Shown here in pieces: positions 22,391 to 32,002 of a stretch of DNA of 64,000 nucleotides. The notes beneath the pieces were generated by a model. It had not been told where the DNA came from. It saw only the letters and a list, made by a program, of their open reading frames with translations, and searched no databases. The number at the start of each line of letters is the position of its first letter. The stretch's first letter is position 1. The translations under genes and the position numbers were made by a program. Source of the stretch: an uncultured Acidobacteriota bacterium (lineage in GTDB: Bacteria > Acidobacteriota > Vicinamibacteria > Vicinamibacterales > UBA8438); contig CAJWLU010000002.1 in the NCBI GenBank assembly GCA_913043225.1, forward strand, positions 128,001 through 192,000. The letters are read 5' to 3'.

Positions 22391-23623
22391 TTAGAGGGTC
22401 CAGTTGAAGCCAACGAGAGGCGTCAGCGTGTCCTTCAGACCAGTGTCAGCTTGTGCCATCCTGAGGCCAAACGACACAATCCTGTTACCACCGATGTTCC
22501 ATTTGATGCCAGGCACAAAAACTATCTTTCGCAAGCGCCCAGACGTCACCTGAAGTAGGTTGACGCCATCGATGCCAAGTTCCGGAGACAATTCCGTGTC
22601 AAATGACACCGAATTCAGTCGGCCGGCATTGCGAACATGGCGGCCCATCGTCTCAACCATAACGGTGAACGTTGGGTGAAGCTCAAATTCAACAGCTGCG
22701 CCGTAGTGTACTTGGTCAGACAGACCCCAGATTTGATCTGTGGGGCCGGGCTGATTATTGGAGAGCGCAACGCTCTTGTCCCAAAATTCATAGCCCCCGT
22801 TAGCGTGAATGGCGAGCCTCCCAATTGAGGTGGAAGCAATGGCTCCAACCATTGTCCGCCAAACACCGAGGCCGAGTAGATTGTCTTGATCGCCAGTAGG
22901 AAGGCGGAGGCTGAACATTGCCGCAAGACTCGTTTGCTTACTGGTGCTTGACCAAAATCTGTACTTGCCCAGCACTGCAGTATCGCCAAAGCCTGTTGAT
23001 GAACCGTTCGCTAGCAAGATGGCAGAACCGATGCCAGGTTCAACCTGGGTCATTGCAGCGTCGATGCTAAGGCGAACTAGTGGTACCCCGATGGCCAAGT
23101 CGAGGTTGTCGGTGACGCCCATGCTGGCGAATAAGGCCGCAGTTTGAGAGCGAATCCGCAAGTTGAGGGTAGATGAGGAAATGAAAGGTTGCGGACCCCT
23201 GAATGTTGCGACGCGAAGATTGTTGAGAGGGAGACCAGACAACGTGTCATAAGTCGCATCGAAGACGTTCAGGCCAAAGCTCGTTGTACCGCGACCCGTA
23301 GTTAAGGCTCTTTCGATGAACTGTGGGCCAAAGGTGCCCGAGCGACGTAGAGGAGCCCCCACGCCTTCGTCGTACGCGTAGACAAATCCCCCTGAAGGAG
23401 AACCTAGCGGTGCAGTAGCGACCTCAAGACCAGTCAGGACAGAGATGACGTCACCGATGGCTGGATTTCCAGAGGGAACCGTAACCTCACTTACAACTTG
23501 ACTAAGTGAATCAGTATCAAGAGGTCCGAGCACGGTGTTTTGTTGCCCGTGAACGAGCAAAGGGAAAGCAACTAGTGCTGCAATGAATGACAGCAAAGCA
23601 CGTGCTGAAGGATGTGTCCGCAT
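22391..23623 (-). CDS. Putative outer-membrane beta-barrel (MetA-pathway/transporter-like)
   Basis: Signal peptide; GFGDTAVLGKYRF and LRLPTGDQDNLLGLG; alternating strands; ends GFNWTL. Confidence 0.7.
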   Translation of the reverse strand: MRTHPSARALLSFIAALVAFPLLVHGQQNTVLGPLDTDSLSQVVSEVTVPSGNPAIGDVISVLTGLEVATAPLGSPSGGFVYAYDEGVGAPLRRSGTFGPQFIERALTTGRGTTSFGLNVFDATYDTLSGLPLNNLRVATFRGPQPFISSSTLNLRIRSQTAALFASMGVTDNLDLAIGVPLVRLSIDAAMTQVEPGIGSAILLANGSSTGFGDTAVLGKYRFWSSTSKQTSLAAMFSLRLPTGDQDNLLGLGVWRTMVGAIASTSIGRLAIHANGGYEFWDKSVALSNNQPGPTDQIWGLSDQVHYGAAVEFELHPTFTVMVETMGRHVRNAGRLNSVSFDTELSPELGIDGVNLLQVTSGRLRKIVFVPGIKWNIGGNRIVSFGLRMAQADTGLKDTLTPLVGFNWTL

Positions 23624-23624
23624 C

Positions 23625-25241
23625 TTACTCTCCGGTTGGCCTGAATTCAGCAGTGCAGGAACGAGATGTAGTCATTTCAATGGTAGCTTTGGAGCCCCGT
23701 CCCGCGTTGCTGCAGTCTCCTGTCCACCCGAACAAGAATGAAGCGCTGTCCTCTGGCACCGCCTCCAGTATGACTGTCGTGCCGTCGGCGTATGATTCGC
23801 TGCAATCGGAGGGGCAGTCGATTCCTGAGTCGGTGGTGGAACGTACTGTTCCAGAGCCTGAGCCAGTGATGTCGACAGTCAGCGCAAACTGCGTCAAATC
23901 AAATACCGCGGTGCAGCTACGCGCTTGGCTCATGGTGACAGTGGCTGTGTCCCCGCTAGCAGTGCAGTCTCCGGTCCAGCCAGTAAACGTGGACGCATTC
24001 GCTGGGTCAGCGACAAGGGTTACAGTGGTGCCGGCCGAGTAATCCTGGCTGCAGGTCGAAGAACAGCTGGTCGTATTCTGGCCGTCGGCCAACGTTACGG
24101 TCCCGGATCCAGATCCAGCTATGGTCAGACTGAGCGTAACGTCGGCTTCGTCGAAGGTCGCGGTGCAACTGCGCGCCGCGCTCATGGTGACGGTGGCTGT
24201 GTCCCCGCTAGCAGTGCAGTCCCCGGTCCAGCCAGTAAACGTGGATGCATTCGCTGGGTCAGCGACCAGGGTTACCGTGGTGCCGACCGAGTAATCCTGA
24301 CTGCAGGTCGAAGAACAGCTCGTTGTATTGCTGCCATCATCCAACGTTACCGATCCGGTCCCGGAGCCAGCGATTTCGAGACTGAGCGTAACGTCGGCGT
24401 CGAACCGCGCCGTGCAGCTCCGCGCGGCTCCCAGCGTTACGGTGGTGGTTGACGCGCCACCATCGCAATCACCGCTCCAGCCGGTAAAGACCGAGCCGTT
24501 GGTGGCCGTGGCCGTCAGTGTGACCTCGGTCTCGTCGCGGTAATACTGACCACAGTCGGTCTCAAGTCCAGCAGAGCAGTCAATGCCCTCAGGGCTTGAA
24601 GTGACGACACCGGTTCCTTCACCCGTTACGCTAACAGTGAACTCGAAGAACTCCGCCGCTGGTCCGTCTAGCCGGTCACCCACTGAGGTGCTGGTCAAAG
24701 CAACCGCAGTGAATTCCAGTTGCGTGCCGGGACACCGTGCGCGAAATGCCCCAGCCGTCCAATTCAGGCCTGAAACCGCGATGCGGCCGGAGAACTCCCG
24801 GCTCGCCTCACAGCCACCGCGAGTTTCAGTGATCACGCCATCGAAATATCCGGACCGACCGCCAGTTAGAGTTCCTCTGATCCGACCACTTCTGGGGGGA
24901 CTCGTGCGAAGCTCCCAGCTTCCATCGACCGTACTGGATTCCTGAGCAAAAAGAGTGGCCACGAATTGAGGCCGTTTACTGGACGCCTCCAAGCTCAGGC
25001 CACGGATGACCAGAGTAAGGTCCATCAACACGGGGGGGGGGAGAACAACTTCACCAGAAAATTGACGCTGCAGGTCTTCCGGCAGGGCAGATGTAGGTAC
25101 GTCCGTTGGCCCAAAGGGAGCACCTCCGCAGGCAAACACGCCGAGACCAAGAACCGTTCCCACGACGAGAACGACGGTGGAGATAGTCGAGTGAAGAGAG
25201 CGGCGTTTGCCACGATCGGACCGTCGGCCGATGAGTGTCAT
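23625..25241 (-). CDS. Lipoprotein with four divergent InlB B-type (beta-grasp) repeats
   Basis: Lipobox VFAC; four G.G.V...C...C...Y..GT.VTL.A.....F.GW.GDC...SCTA.F repeats. Confidence 0.8.
   Translation of the reverse strand: MTLIGRRSDRGKRRSLHSTISTVVLVVGTVLGLGVFACGGAPFGPTDVPTSALPEDLQRQFSGEVVLPPPVLMDLTLVIRGLSLEASSKRPQFVATLFAQESSTVDGSWELRTSPPRSGRIRGTLTGGRSGYFDGVITETRGGCEASREFSGRIAVSGLNWTAGAFRARCPGTQLEFTAVALTSTSVGDRLDGPAAEFFEFTVSVTGEGTGVVTSSPEGIDCSAGLETDCGQYYRDETEVTLTATATNGSVFTGWSGDCDGGASTTTVTLGAARSCTARFDADVTLSLEIAGSGTGSVTLDDGSNTTSCSSTCSQDYSVGTTVTLVADPANASTFTGWTGDCTASGDTATVTMSAARSCTATFDEADVTLSLTIAGSGSGTVTLADGQNTTSCSSTCSQDYSAGTTVTLVADPANASTFTGWTGDCTASGDTATVTMSQARSCTAVFDLTQFALTVDITGSGSGTVRSTTDSGIDCPSDCSESYADGTTVILEAVPEDSASFLFGWTGDCSNAGRGSKATIEMTTSRSCTAEFRPTGE
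23905..24410. repeat. Intragenic 252-bp (84-aa) tandem duplication
   Basis: 23931-24068 is near-identical to 24183-24320. Confidence 0.85.
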
Positions 25242-25503
25242 CTAACCAAATACTCCACGTCGCTCTGCCGCATCGCACCGCCACAAGGGTTGGCAGATAC
25301 CGACTGGAAGCACCCCGGTTTGGTTAAATCAATCTTGAGCAACGGGTGGCATTGTATGCTCGATCGCATACGGCAATGGTCGACCCGAGAGCAATCTATC
25401 TAGATCGTGCTTCGAGCCCAGTCCTTCCCAGCACACGCCCCGTCCTAAAGTCTACGGGCTTCCGTCTCTCGCCTCGGCTTCGAACGCCAGAAGGAGCGTC
25501 CAC

Positions 25504-26085
25504 TCAGTGGCTGGCGCGCGCTAAGGGTAAGTGCCGGAAGCAACTGGCGACATGGTCGTTGACCATTCCGGTGGCCTGCATGAACGCGTAGCAGATGGTG
25601 GGGCCAACGAAACGGAAGCCGCGCTGCTTGAGGTCCTTGCTCATCGCCTGTGACTGCACGGTTTCCGTTGGCACCTGCGTCAGGTCCGTCCACTGATTCT
25701 GCTTCGTCCGGCGGTTGACGAACTGCCAGATGTAGTGATCGAAGCTGCCATGCTCTGCCTGCACGTCGAGGAATGCCCTGGCGTTGTCGACGGCGGCGCC
25801 AATTTTGAGGCGGTTCCGGATGATGCTTTCGTCCTGCATCAGGCGTGTCTGATGCGATCTGTCGAAGCGGGCTACCTTGGCCGGATCGAAGCTGGCGAAT
25901 GCCCTGCGGTAGCCTTCGCGCTTGCGCAGGATCGTAATCCAAGCCAGGCCGGCCTGGGCGCCCTCGAGCAGCAGGAACTCGAAGAACCGCTGGTCGTCGT
26001 GGAGCGGAACGCCCCATTCCTCGTCGTGATACGCCTGGTAGAGCGGGTCGTCGCTGGCCCAAGCGCAGCGGGTTGGTGCCTTCAC
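25504..26085 (-). CDS. tag: DNA-3-methyladenine glycosylase I
   Basis: RCAW, YHDEEWG, LEGAQAGLAW, IIRNRLKI, NDHVASC. Confidence 0.95.
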   Translation of the reverse strand: MKAPTRCAWASDDPLYQAYHDEEWGVPLHDDQRFFEFLLLEGAQAGLAWITILRKREGYRRAFASFDPAKVARFDRSHQTRLMQDESIIRNRLKIGAAVDNARAFLDVQAEHGSFDHYIWQFVNRRTKQNQWTDLTQVPTETVQSQAMSKDLKQRGFRFVGPTICYAFMQATGMVNDHVASCFRHLPLARASH

Positions 26086-26876
26086 TGGTTCATCCGCTGC
26101 CTGGCCTGTTCCACCTCGCGATGGAATGAGAACAGCGCGTCGGCGGTGTCCTGGTCGTCGGTGAAGTTGTAGGTCCGCCCATCCCGCTCCTTGATGGTCA
26201 GCGTGTGCTCCAGATAGTCGAGCTCGTGGATCTCGATGGCGTCAAATGACAGCGAGAATGCGTCGTCGTCGTCCGTTTCGTACCGGATGCCGTCGAGGTC
26301 GGCGTGCAGGGTCCCTTTGCAGTCGCCGAACCGATGTTTATGGGTGACCGGCACCGACATGTCGAGACGGACTTCCCGGAACCGGATGTCGAGCGAGACT
26401 AAGTCGTGGCCGATGTCGACCGTTTCGACGAACCCTTCGTATCCCTCGGCCGACACGTTTACACGATGGGGTCCGGGACGGAGGTCGGCCGTTTCGAAGG
26501 GCGTGGTACCTAGATACTTACGGTCGACGAACACCGACGCGCCAGGGATATCACTCACTACCCGGAGCATGGGTGGGAGCGCGACGCCGGGAACCTCGAC
26601 CTCTGTAACAATTTCCTCTGGTTCCGGTTCTGGCTCAGGGGTGGGGTCGGGCTCCGGGATCGCCTCCGCCGGTTCGCCGGCTGGCTCTGGTTCTGGCGTG
26701 GCCGCCGGCGCTGATGGGCTCGCCTGACGGGGTACGGCTGGTTCCTCCTCTGCCGGCATCGTCAGGTAGACAGCGGCCACGCAGCCGATGACGAGCAGGC
26801 CGATGAGAACGTAGCGTCCGGCGTAGGAGTCCTTGTCTTCCGGCTCCGGCTCCGTCTGGTGCTCTAAAAGTGACAT
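26082..26876 (-). CDS. PEGA-domain membrane-anchored protein
   Basis: TM helix, PE-rich linker, SDIPGASVFVD..LGTTP. Confidence 0.8.
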   Translation of the reverse strand: MSLLEHQTEPEPEDKDSYAGRYVLIGLLVIGCVAAVYLTMPAEEEPAVPRQASPSAPAATPEPEPAGEPAEAIPEPDPTPEPEPEPEEIVTEVEVPGVALPPMLRVVSDIPGASVFVDRKYLGTTPFETADLRPGPHRVNVSAEGYEGFVETVDIGHDLVSLDIRFREVRLDMSVPVTHKHRFGDCKGTLHADLDGIRYETDDDDAFSLSFDAIEIHELDYLEHTLTIKERDGRTYNFTDDQDTADALFSFHREVEQARQRMNQ

Positions 26877-26910
26877 CCTTATGATTCTACGGGAGACAGG
26901 AGCACTGGGA

Positions 26911-28023
26911 ATGAAACACCGCTTATGGCGGCTACTGCTTGGATTGCTCTGCGCGACGCCGACGGCAGCGCAGGAGCCCTTTGTCGCCACCTTGCCTGTC
27001 GAGGAGATGCGTGAGAAGCAGCTCGTTGTCGAGACAACAGAGGGCACGGTGGTGATCGATCTGCTGGCCGATGCGGCGCCCAATCATGTGGGCCTGATCA
27101 TGCAGCAGGCGACCGAAGGGGTGTTCGACGGGACGAGCTTCCATCGTATGGTGCTGCGCGGCATCGTCCAGGGAGGCGACCCCAACACCAAGGACGCGTC
27201 GGCTCCAGACCAGTACGGACGCGGGGGACTGGGACTGGTGGCGGCCGAGCCGAGCGGCGAGACGCACAGCGCTGGCACCGTCTCGGCCATTACGGTGGCC
27301 GGGGATCCGGACAGCGGCGGCACGCAGTTCCTGATCTGTGTGGTCGATCAGCCTGGGCTCGACGGCCAGTACACGATCTGGGGTCGGGTGGTCGCAGGGC
27401 TTCCGGTGATCGCGCGCATTTCGGAAACACCGGTCGATGCGAACGGCAATGCGACTGAGCGAGTGGAGATCCTGAGTGCCACCGTCCGTGACTGGGCACC
27501 CGCGCCCCCGCCATCCTTTACGACCGACTCGGTTGAAGAGTTGGCTGGCTATCAGGCGGTACTCGAGACCGACGCCGGGCCGGTCACGATCGAGTTCTTT
27601 CCGGATCGGGCGCCGGAACACGTCCGAAATTTCCTAAGGCTTGCCGATACCGGCTTTTACGACGGCATGGCGTTTCACCGGGTTGTGCCAGGCTTCGTCA
27701 TCCAGACCGGGTTTCCGCCGACGCGTTCGACGCCCCTCAGTGAGGAGCAGCGAATGTTGATCCAGAACATTTCTCTGGAGGTGAGCGACACGCGGCACGT
27801 CAAAGGCATCGTGTCGATGGCGCGTGGCGATGACCCGGATAGCGCGCAGACGTCGTTCTTTATCGTGACCGACACCTCGCCCGAGCTCGACGGCGTGTAC
27901 TCGGCCTTCGGTCGCGTGGTCTCAGGGATTGAGGCGGTCGAACAGATCGAGCAATCGCCCACCAATGGCGAGGAGCCGGTGACCCGGGTCGAGCTGCGGG
28001 CGGTGCGGCTGGTTGCTCCCTGA
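26911..28023 (+). CDS. Secreted tandem cyclophilin-type peptidyl-prolyl isomerase
   Basis: Signal peptide; two domains (FHRMV..QGGD; FHRVVPGFVIQTG..SMAR..FFI); RBS AGGAG. Confidence 0.9.
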   Translation: MKHRLWRLLLGLLCATPTAAQEPFVATLPVEEMREKQLVVETTEGTVVIDLLADAAPNHVGLIMQQATEGVFDGTSFHRMVLRGIVQGGDPNTKDASAPDQYGRGGLGLVAAEPSGETHSAGTVSAITVAGDPDSGGTQFLICVVDQPGLDGQYTIWGRVVAGLPVIARISETPVDANGNATERVEILSATVRDWAPAPPPSFTTDSVEELAGYQAVLETDAGPVTIEFFPDRAPEHVRNFLRLADTGFYDGMAFHRVVPGFVIQTGFPPTRSTPLSEEQRMLIQNISLEVSDTRHVKGIVSMARGDDPDSAQTSFFIVTDTSPELDGVYSAFGRVVSGIEAVEQIEQSPTNGEEPVTRVELRAVRLVAP

Positions 28024-28034
28024 ACCGCCGACCG

Positions 28035-29039
28035 CTACTGCGTTAGCAGATGCTTTGCGATGCTAGCGTAGTGGCCGGGGGCGGCGCGCAGTTCGTCGAT
28101 CGGCACGTGCTCTTCGGAGGTGTGGGCCACCAGGATCGAGCCTGGACCGAAGAGCAGGGGTTGTCCCCAGGCGGTCAGGAATGGGATATCGGTCGTGAAC
28201 GCGCAGACCGTCGTGTCAAAGCCCGGCACGGTGGTCAGCTCGACGGCCGGCACTTCGACGATGTCTTTCAGTTCCACCCACTGACCGAGCGGCTCGATCG
28301 CCGCGCGCACTTCCTCCCGGGGACCGACGATCCGGAAGGTGGCCTCGGCACTGGCGTGAGGAGGCACGACGTTGGGGGCAACGCCGCCGTCGATCAGCGC
28401 AATCGTGCAGGTGGTTGGCCCCAGTGTGGGGTGAGATGGGAGCGGTATCGCTCTGAGCGCCATCAAGGCGTCGACCAGCTTGTCGATCGCCGACTCGCCC
28501 TGCTCAGGATATGCCGAGTGAGCCGCCTTTCCGGCAGCCTGCAACTTAACCCGATAGGCGCCCTTGGTGGCCAGGGCTAGGCGGCTGTCGGTGGGTTCCC
28601 CGTTGACCAGGAAGCGGCTGCCGCGCGAGGTCAGGTTGGCCGCCCGCGCTCCGTGGCTGCCCCGTTCTTCCCCGACAACAAACAGCGCGCCGACGCGGGA
28701 TTCTCCAGCCTCACGTAGCTGTTCAAGTGCGCCCACCTGGGCCGCCGCGATACCCTTGGCGTCACAGGACCCGCGGCCATACAGCCGGTTTGCCTCGATC
28801 CGGCTCGGAAAGTACGGGGGCACACAGTCGAGGTGCGTCGACAAGACTACATCAGGGTCGGTGTCGCCGACCGTAATGTAGAGATTGAGGCGGTTGCCTT
28901 CGACCAGTTGCTCGTCTACCGCGAAGCCACGCTCTCGCAGCCAGCCGGCGAGCCAGCGGGCCACCTGACCTTCGTTGCCGCTGGTCGACTCAATGTCGAC
29001 CAGGGCTTGGGTAAGCTCGACCACATCGATGTTGCTCAC
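28035..29039 (-). CDS. M20 metallohydrolase (DapE/ArgE-like)
   Basis: THLDCV, GRGSCDAKG, GEE, GEPT and AHT; GTGA overlap with dapD. Confidence 0.85.
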   Translation of the reverse strand: MSNIDVVELTQALVDIESTSGNEGQVARWLAGWLRERGFAVDEQLVEGNRLNLYITVGDTDPDVVLSTHLDCVPPYFPSRIEANRLYGRGSCDAKGIAAAQVGALEQLREAGESRVGALFVVGEERGSHGARAANLTSRGSRFLVNGEPTDSRLALATKGAYRVKLQAAGKAAHSAYPEQGESAIDKLVDALMALRAIPLPSHPTLGPTTCTIALIDGGVAPNVVPPHASAEATFRIVGPREEVRAAIEPLGQWVELKDIVEVPAVELTTVPGFDTTVCAFTTDIPFLTAWGQPLLFGPGSILVAHTSEEHVPIDELRAAPGHYASIAKHLLTQ

Positions 29040-29893
29040 CGGAGCCATGCCTCCAACTCGGTGCGGGTGTCCGTCTTGTCGTCCCGATACTTGACGATGA
29101 CCGGGGTTGCCAGGGCCAGCCCCCAGTCGCGGCCGGCTTCGGCTGTAACCTGACGTGTGCCCGGCACGACGACCGCGCCCTCGGGCACGACGAGTGGGTA
29201 GCCGGGTTGGGGACGGATTACCGTCTCGTTCGGCAGATCGTACACGGCGGTCGAACCGGTTAGTACAGTGCCGGCACCGATGACGGCTCCGCGCTTCACG
29301 ATTGCGCCTTCGTAGATCCCGGTACTTCCGCCGACTAGCGCATCGTCTTCGATGATGACCGGCATGGCGCCTACCGGTTCCAGCACCCCGCCGATCTGCG
29401 CGCCGGCGCTCACATGGACCCGTTCGCCCACCTGGGCACACGACCCAACCAGCGCGTGAGAGTCGATCAGGCTGTCTCGACCTACCCATGCGCCGATATT
29501 GATGAACATCGGCGGCATGCAAATCACCCCGGGGCCGACGTAGGCGCCGTCCCGGATCGATGATCCCCCGGGCACGATCCTGACGCCAGAGTCGGTGCCG
29601 AGCGGCTTGAGTGGCAACGTGTCTTTGTCGAGAAACGGCACGTTGGCATCGGGGGCTGCGAATGTGTCGATGTCGCCACAGCGGAAGCCCACCAGGATGC
29701 CCTGTTTGACCCAGGCGTTGACCCGCCAGCCCGAGGGGGTTTCGGAGTCGGGGTGGGCTGCGCGCACGCTGCCACCGGACAGGGCGGCGCGGAATTCGGC
29801 GAACACTTGCCGGGCCTCGGAACGATCGGCGTCGGCGCCCGCCGTGGCCAGGCGTTCGATCGAAGTTTTCAGCGACGTGACGTCAGAGTTCAC
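29036..29893 (-). CDS. dapD: Tetrahydrodipicolinate N-succinyltransferase
   Basis: WRVNAWVKQGIL, VGSCAQVG, IGGVLEP. Confidence 0.93.
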   Translation of the reverse strand: MNSDVTSLKTSIERLATAGADADRSEARQVFAEFRAALSGGSVRAAHPDSETPSGWRVNAWVKQGILVGFRCGDIDTFAAPDANVPFLDKDTLPLKPLGTDSGVRIVPGGSSIRDGAYVGPGVICMPPMFINIGAWVGRDSLIDSHALVGSCAQVGERVHVSAGAQIGGVLEPVGAMPVIIEDDALVGGSTGIYEGAIVKRGAVIGAGTVLTGSTAVYDLPNETVIRPQPGYPLVVPEGAVVVPGTRQVTAEAGRDWGLALATPVIVKYRDDKTDTRTELEAWLR

Positions 29894-29924
29894 AACGTTC
29901 TCCGTGGTGTGGATCCCCTGGGCT

Positions 29925-30812
29925 TCAGCGGGAGAGCCCGAGAGTTTCGAGGATGCCGACGATCTTGGCCAGCGACTCTGGTCGAGGCGGAAGCATCGGC
30001 AACCGGTAGTGAAGGTCGAGTAGGCCGAGGTGGGCCATGGCGGCCTTTACCGGAATCGGATTGCTTTCGACGAAGTTGACCTGCATCAGTGGCAGAAGTC
30101 GATCGTGGATGGACCGGGCGCGGTCGAGTGCGCCATCGCGCGCCGTCTCGACGAGCTGGGCCATCGCGGCCGGCACCTCGTTGGAGGCCACCGAGATCAC
30201 ACCGACTCCGCCCACCGACATGAGAGGCAGCGTGAACAGGTCGTCGCCAGACAGCACGCTGAAACCGTCGGGTGTGGCGTGACATACCTCGCACATCTGG
30301 GTGAGGTTGGCGGAGGCTTCCTTCACGCCAACGATCGTGGGCAATTCGGCCAGTCGACACAGTGTGTCGACGTCAACGTTGCACCCCGTGCGTCCGGGCA
30401 CGTTGTAGACCACGATGGGCAGACCCGTGGCCTCGGTGAGTGCGCGGTAGTGGGCGTAGAGGCCTTCAGGGGTGGGACGGTTGTAGTAGGGCGTGACCGA
30501 CAATAGTCCGTCGGCACCTGCGCGCTCCATCTCGGCGGCCGTCTTGGCCACCGACCTCGTATCGTAGCCTCCCGCGCCTGCGAGGACCGGTACCCGGCCG
30601 CTGGCTGTTTCCACCACTGCTTCCACGACCTGCTGCTGCTCGTGGCGAGACAGCGTTGGTGACTCACCGGTGGTCCCGCAGGGACAGAGGAAGTGCACGC
30701 CTCCGTCAATCTGCCGCGCCGCTAGTCGACGGACCGCTGCCTCGTCCACCGCGCCCTCGGCGGTGAAAGGGGTGACGAGCGCCGTGCCGCATCCTTCGAA
30801 GGTGGCTGGCAT
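29925..30812 (-). CDS. dapA: 4-hydroxy-tetrahydrodipicolinate synthase
   Basis: TALVTPF, GTTGES, YNVPGRT, GVKEAS, SNPIPVK. Confidence 0.95.
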   Translation of the reverse strand: MPATFEGCGTALVTPFTAEGAVDEAAVRRLAARQIDGGVHFLCPCGTTGESPTLSRHEQQQVVEAVVETASGRVPVLAGAGGYDTRSVAKTAAEMERAGADGLLSVTPYYNRPTPEGLYAHYRALTEATGLPIVVYNVPGRTGCNVDVDTLCRLAELPTIVGVKEASANLTQMCEVCHATPDGFSVLSGDDLFTLPLMSVGGVGVISVASNEVPAAMAQLVETARDGALDRARSIHDRLLPLMQVNFVESNPIPVKAAMAHLGLLDLHYRLPMLPPRPESLAKIVGILETLGLSR

Positions 30813-30814
30813 CG

Positions 30815-31507
30815 TCAGCCGAGTCCCAGGACGTCCCGCATGGTGAACCATCCCCGACGGCCATGCACCCAGCGAGCTGCTTCGAGGGCGCCCCGCGCGA
30901 AGGTGGCCCGATCACGCGTGGTGTGGGTCAGTGCGATGGTCTCTTCCGGTCCATCGAACCCGACGGTGTGGGTGCCTGGGGCGGAACCAACGCGGGTCGA
31001 GGCCATGTCGACGTCGCGGTCGAACCTGCCTGCTTCCATCGCGCTCTGCATGGCGAACGCTGTCCCCGAGGGGGCATCGATTTTGGCGCTGTGGTGAACC
31101 TCGTGGATCCAGGCCCCGAAATCCTCGTGTGGCCGGAACAGTTGCGCCGCCCGTTCGGTGAGCGCCAGGAACAGGTTCACCCCAAGCGAGAAGTTTGCCG
31201 CCGCGACGACGCCGATGTTCGCGGCCACCGCGATCTGTTTCAGTGCCTCTTCCTCGTCCTGCCAGCCGGTGGTACCGACTACCAGATTGACCTTGTGCTC
31301 GGCCAGCCGCGGCAGGTTGTCAGATATGGCGGCCGCCGTAGAGAAGTCGATGGCCACATCGACGTCCCGCATCGCCTCGGCGGTGATGCCGGCGCCGCCG
31401 GCGTTATTGTCGATGTCGAGCCGGTTGGCCACTTCGAACCCGTAGGCCTCGGCAAGCTGGTCCACGAGCTTGCCCATCCTACCGTAGCCGATAATTACGA
31501 GTCGCAT
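30815..31507 (-). CDS. dapB: 4-hydroxy-tetrahydrodipicolinate reductase
   Basis: GYGRMG, GTTGW, EVHHSAKIDAPSGTA. Confidence 0.95.
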   Translation of the reverse strand: MRLVIIGYGRMGKLVDQLAEAYGFEVANRLDIDNNAGGAGITAEAMRDVDVAIDFSTAAAISDNLPRLAEHKVNLVVGTTGWQDEEEALKQIAVAANIGVVAAANFSLGVNLFLALTERAAQLFRPHEDFGAWIHEVHHSAKIDAPSGTAFAMQSAMEAGRFDRDVDMASTRVGSAPGTHTVGFDGPEETIALTHTTRDRATFARGALEAARWVHGRRGWFTMRDVLGLG

Positions 31508-31510
31508 GGC

Positions 31511-31960
31511 CTAGCCGTCCGTCGCCTTGTAGGTGCGGATCACCTTGCGGATGACCGCGACCGCCTTCTTCGCGTCGGACTCGCTTGCGAACGTCAGCGT
31601 CGACGAGAACTGGTTGCTCACCACGCCGGCTTCGTGGTCGATTACCTCGATGCCGGCCCAGGCCACCGCATTGGCCACGGCATAAGCGAATCCGGGCCGA
31701 TTTTCGCCCTGGAGCAGGAGGGTGATGGCCTTGGTTAAGCTGAATCCGGCCGCCTGCGCCACGATCGAGGCACGCTGGCCTTCCCCCGCATAGACCTCGA
31801 CGACGTTGCGCCTACCGCGTCCACCTCCAGCCTCGCGCACACGCACTACCTTCAGGTCGGCCCCGTGGTGAGCCAGCGGCTCCAGCGCCTGTGCGAGCGC
31901 GCCCGGCCGACGTAGGACCTCGGTCCGCCAGAGTCGAATCTGCTTGATCCTGATGTTCAT
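31511..31960 (-). CDS. Tandem ACT-domain-like protein
   Basis: RRPGALAQAL and ENRPGFA ACT-type loops; directly upstream of dapB. Confidence 0.55.
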   Translation of the reverse strand: MNIRIKQIRLWRTEVLRRPGALAQALEPLAHHGADLKVVRVREAGGGRGRRNVVEVYAGEGQRASIVAQAAGFSLTKAITLLLQGENRPGFAYAVANAVAWAGIEVIDHEAGVVSNQFSSTLTFASESDAKKAVAVIRKVIRTYKATDG

Positions 31961-32002
31961 GTGTCCGGGACGTCGTCGGAGTGGCTGATTATACTTCGGA
32001 CC

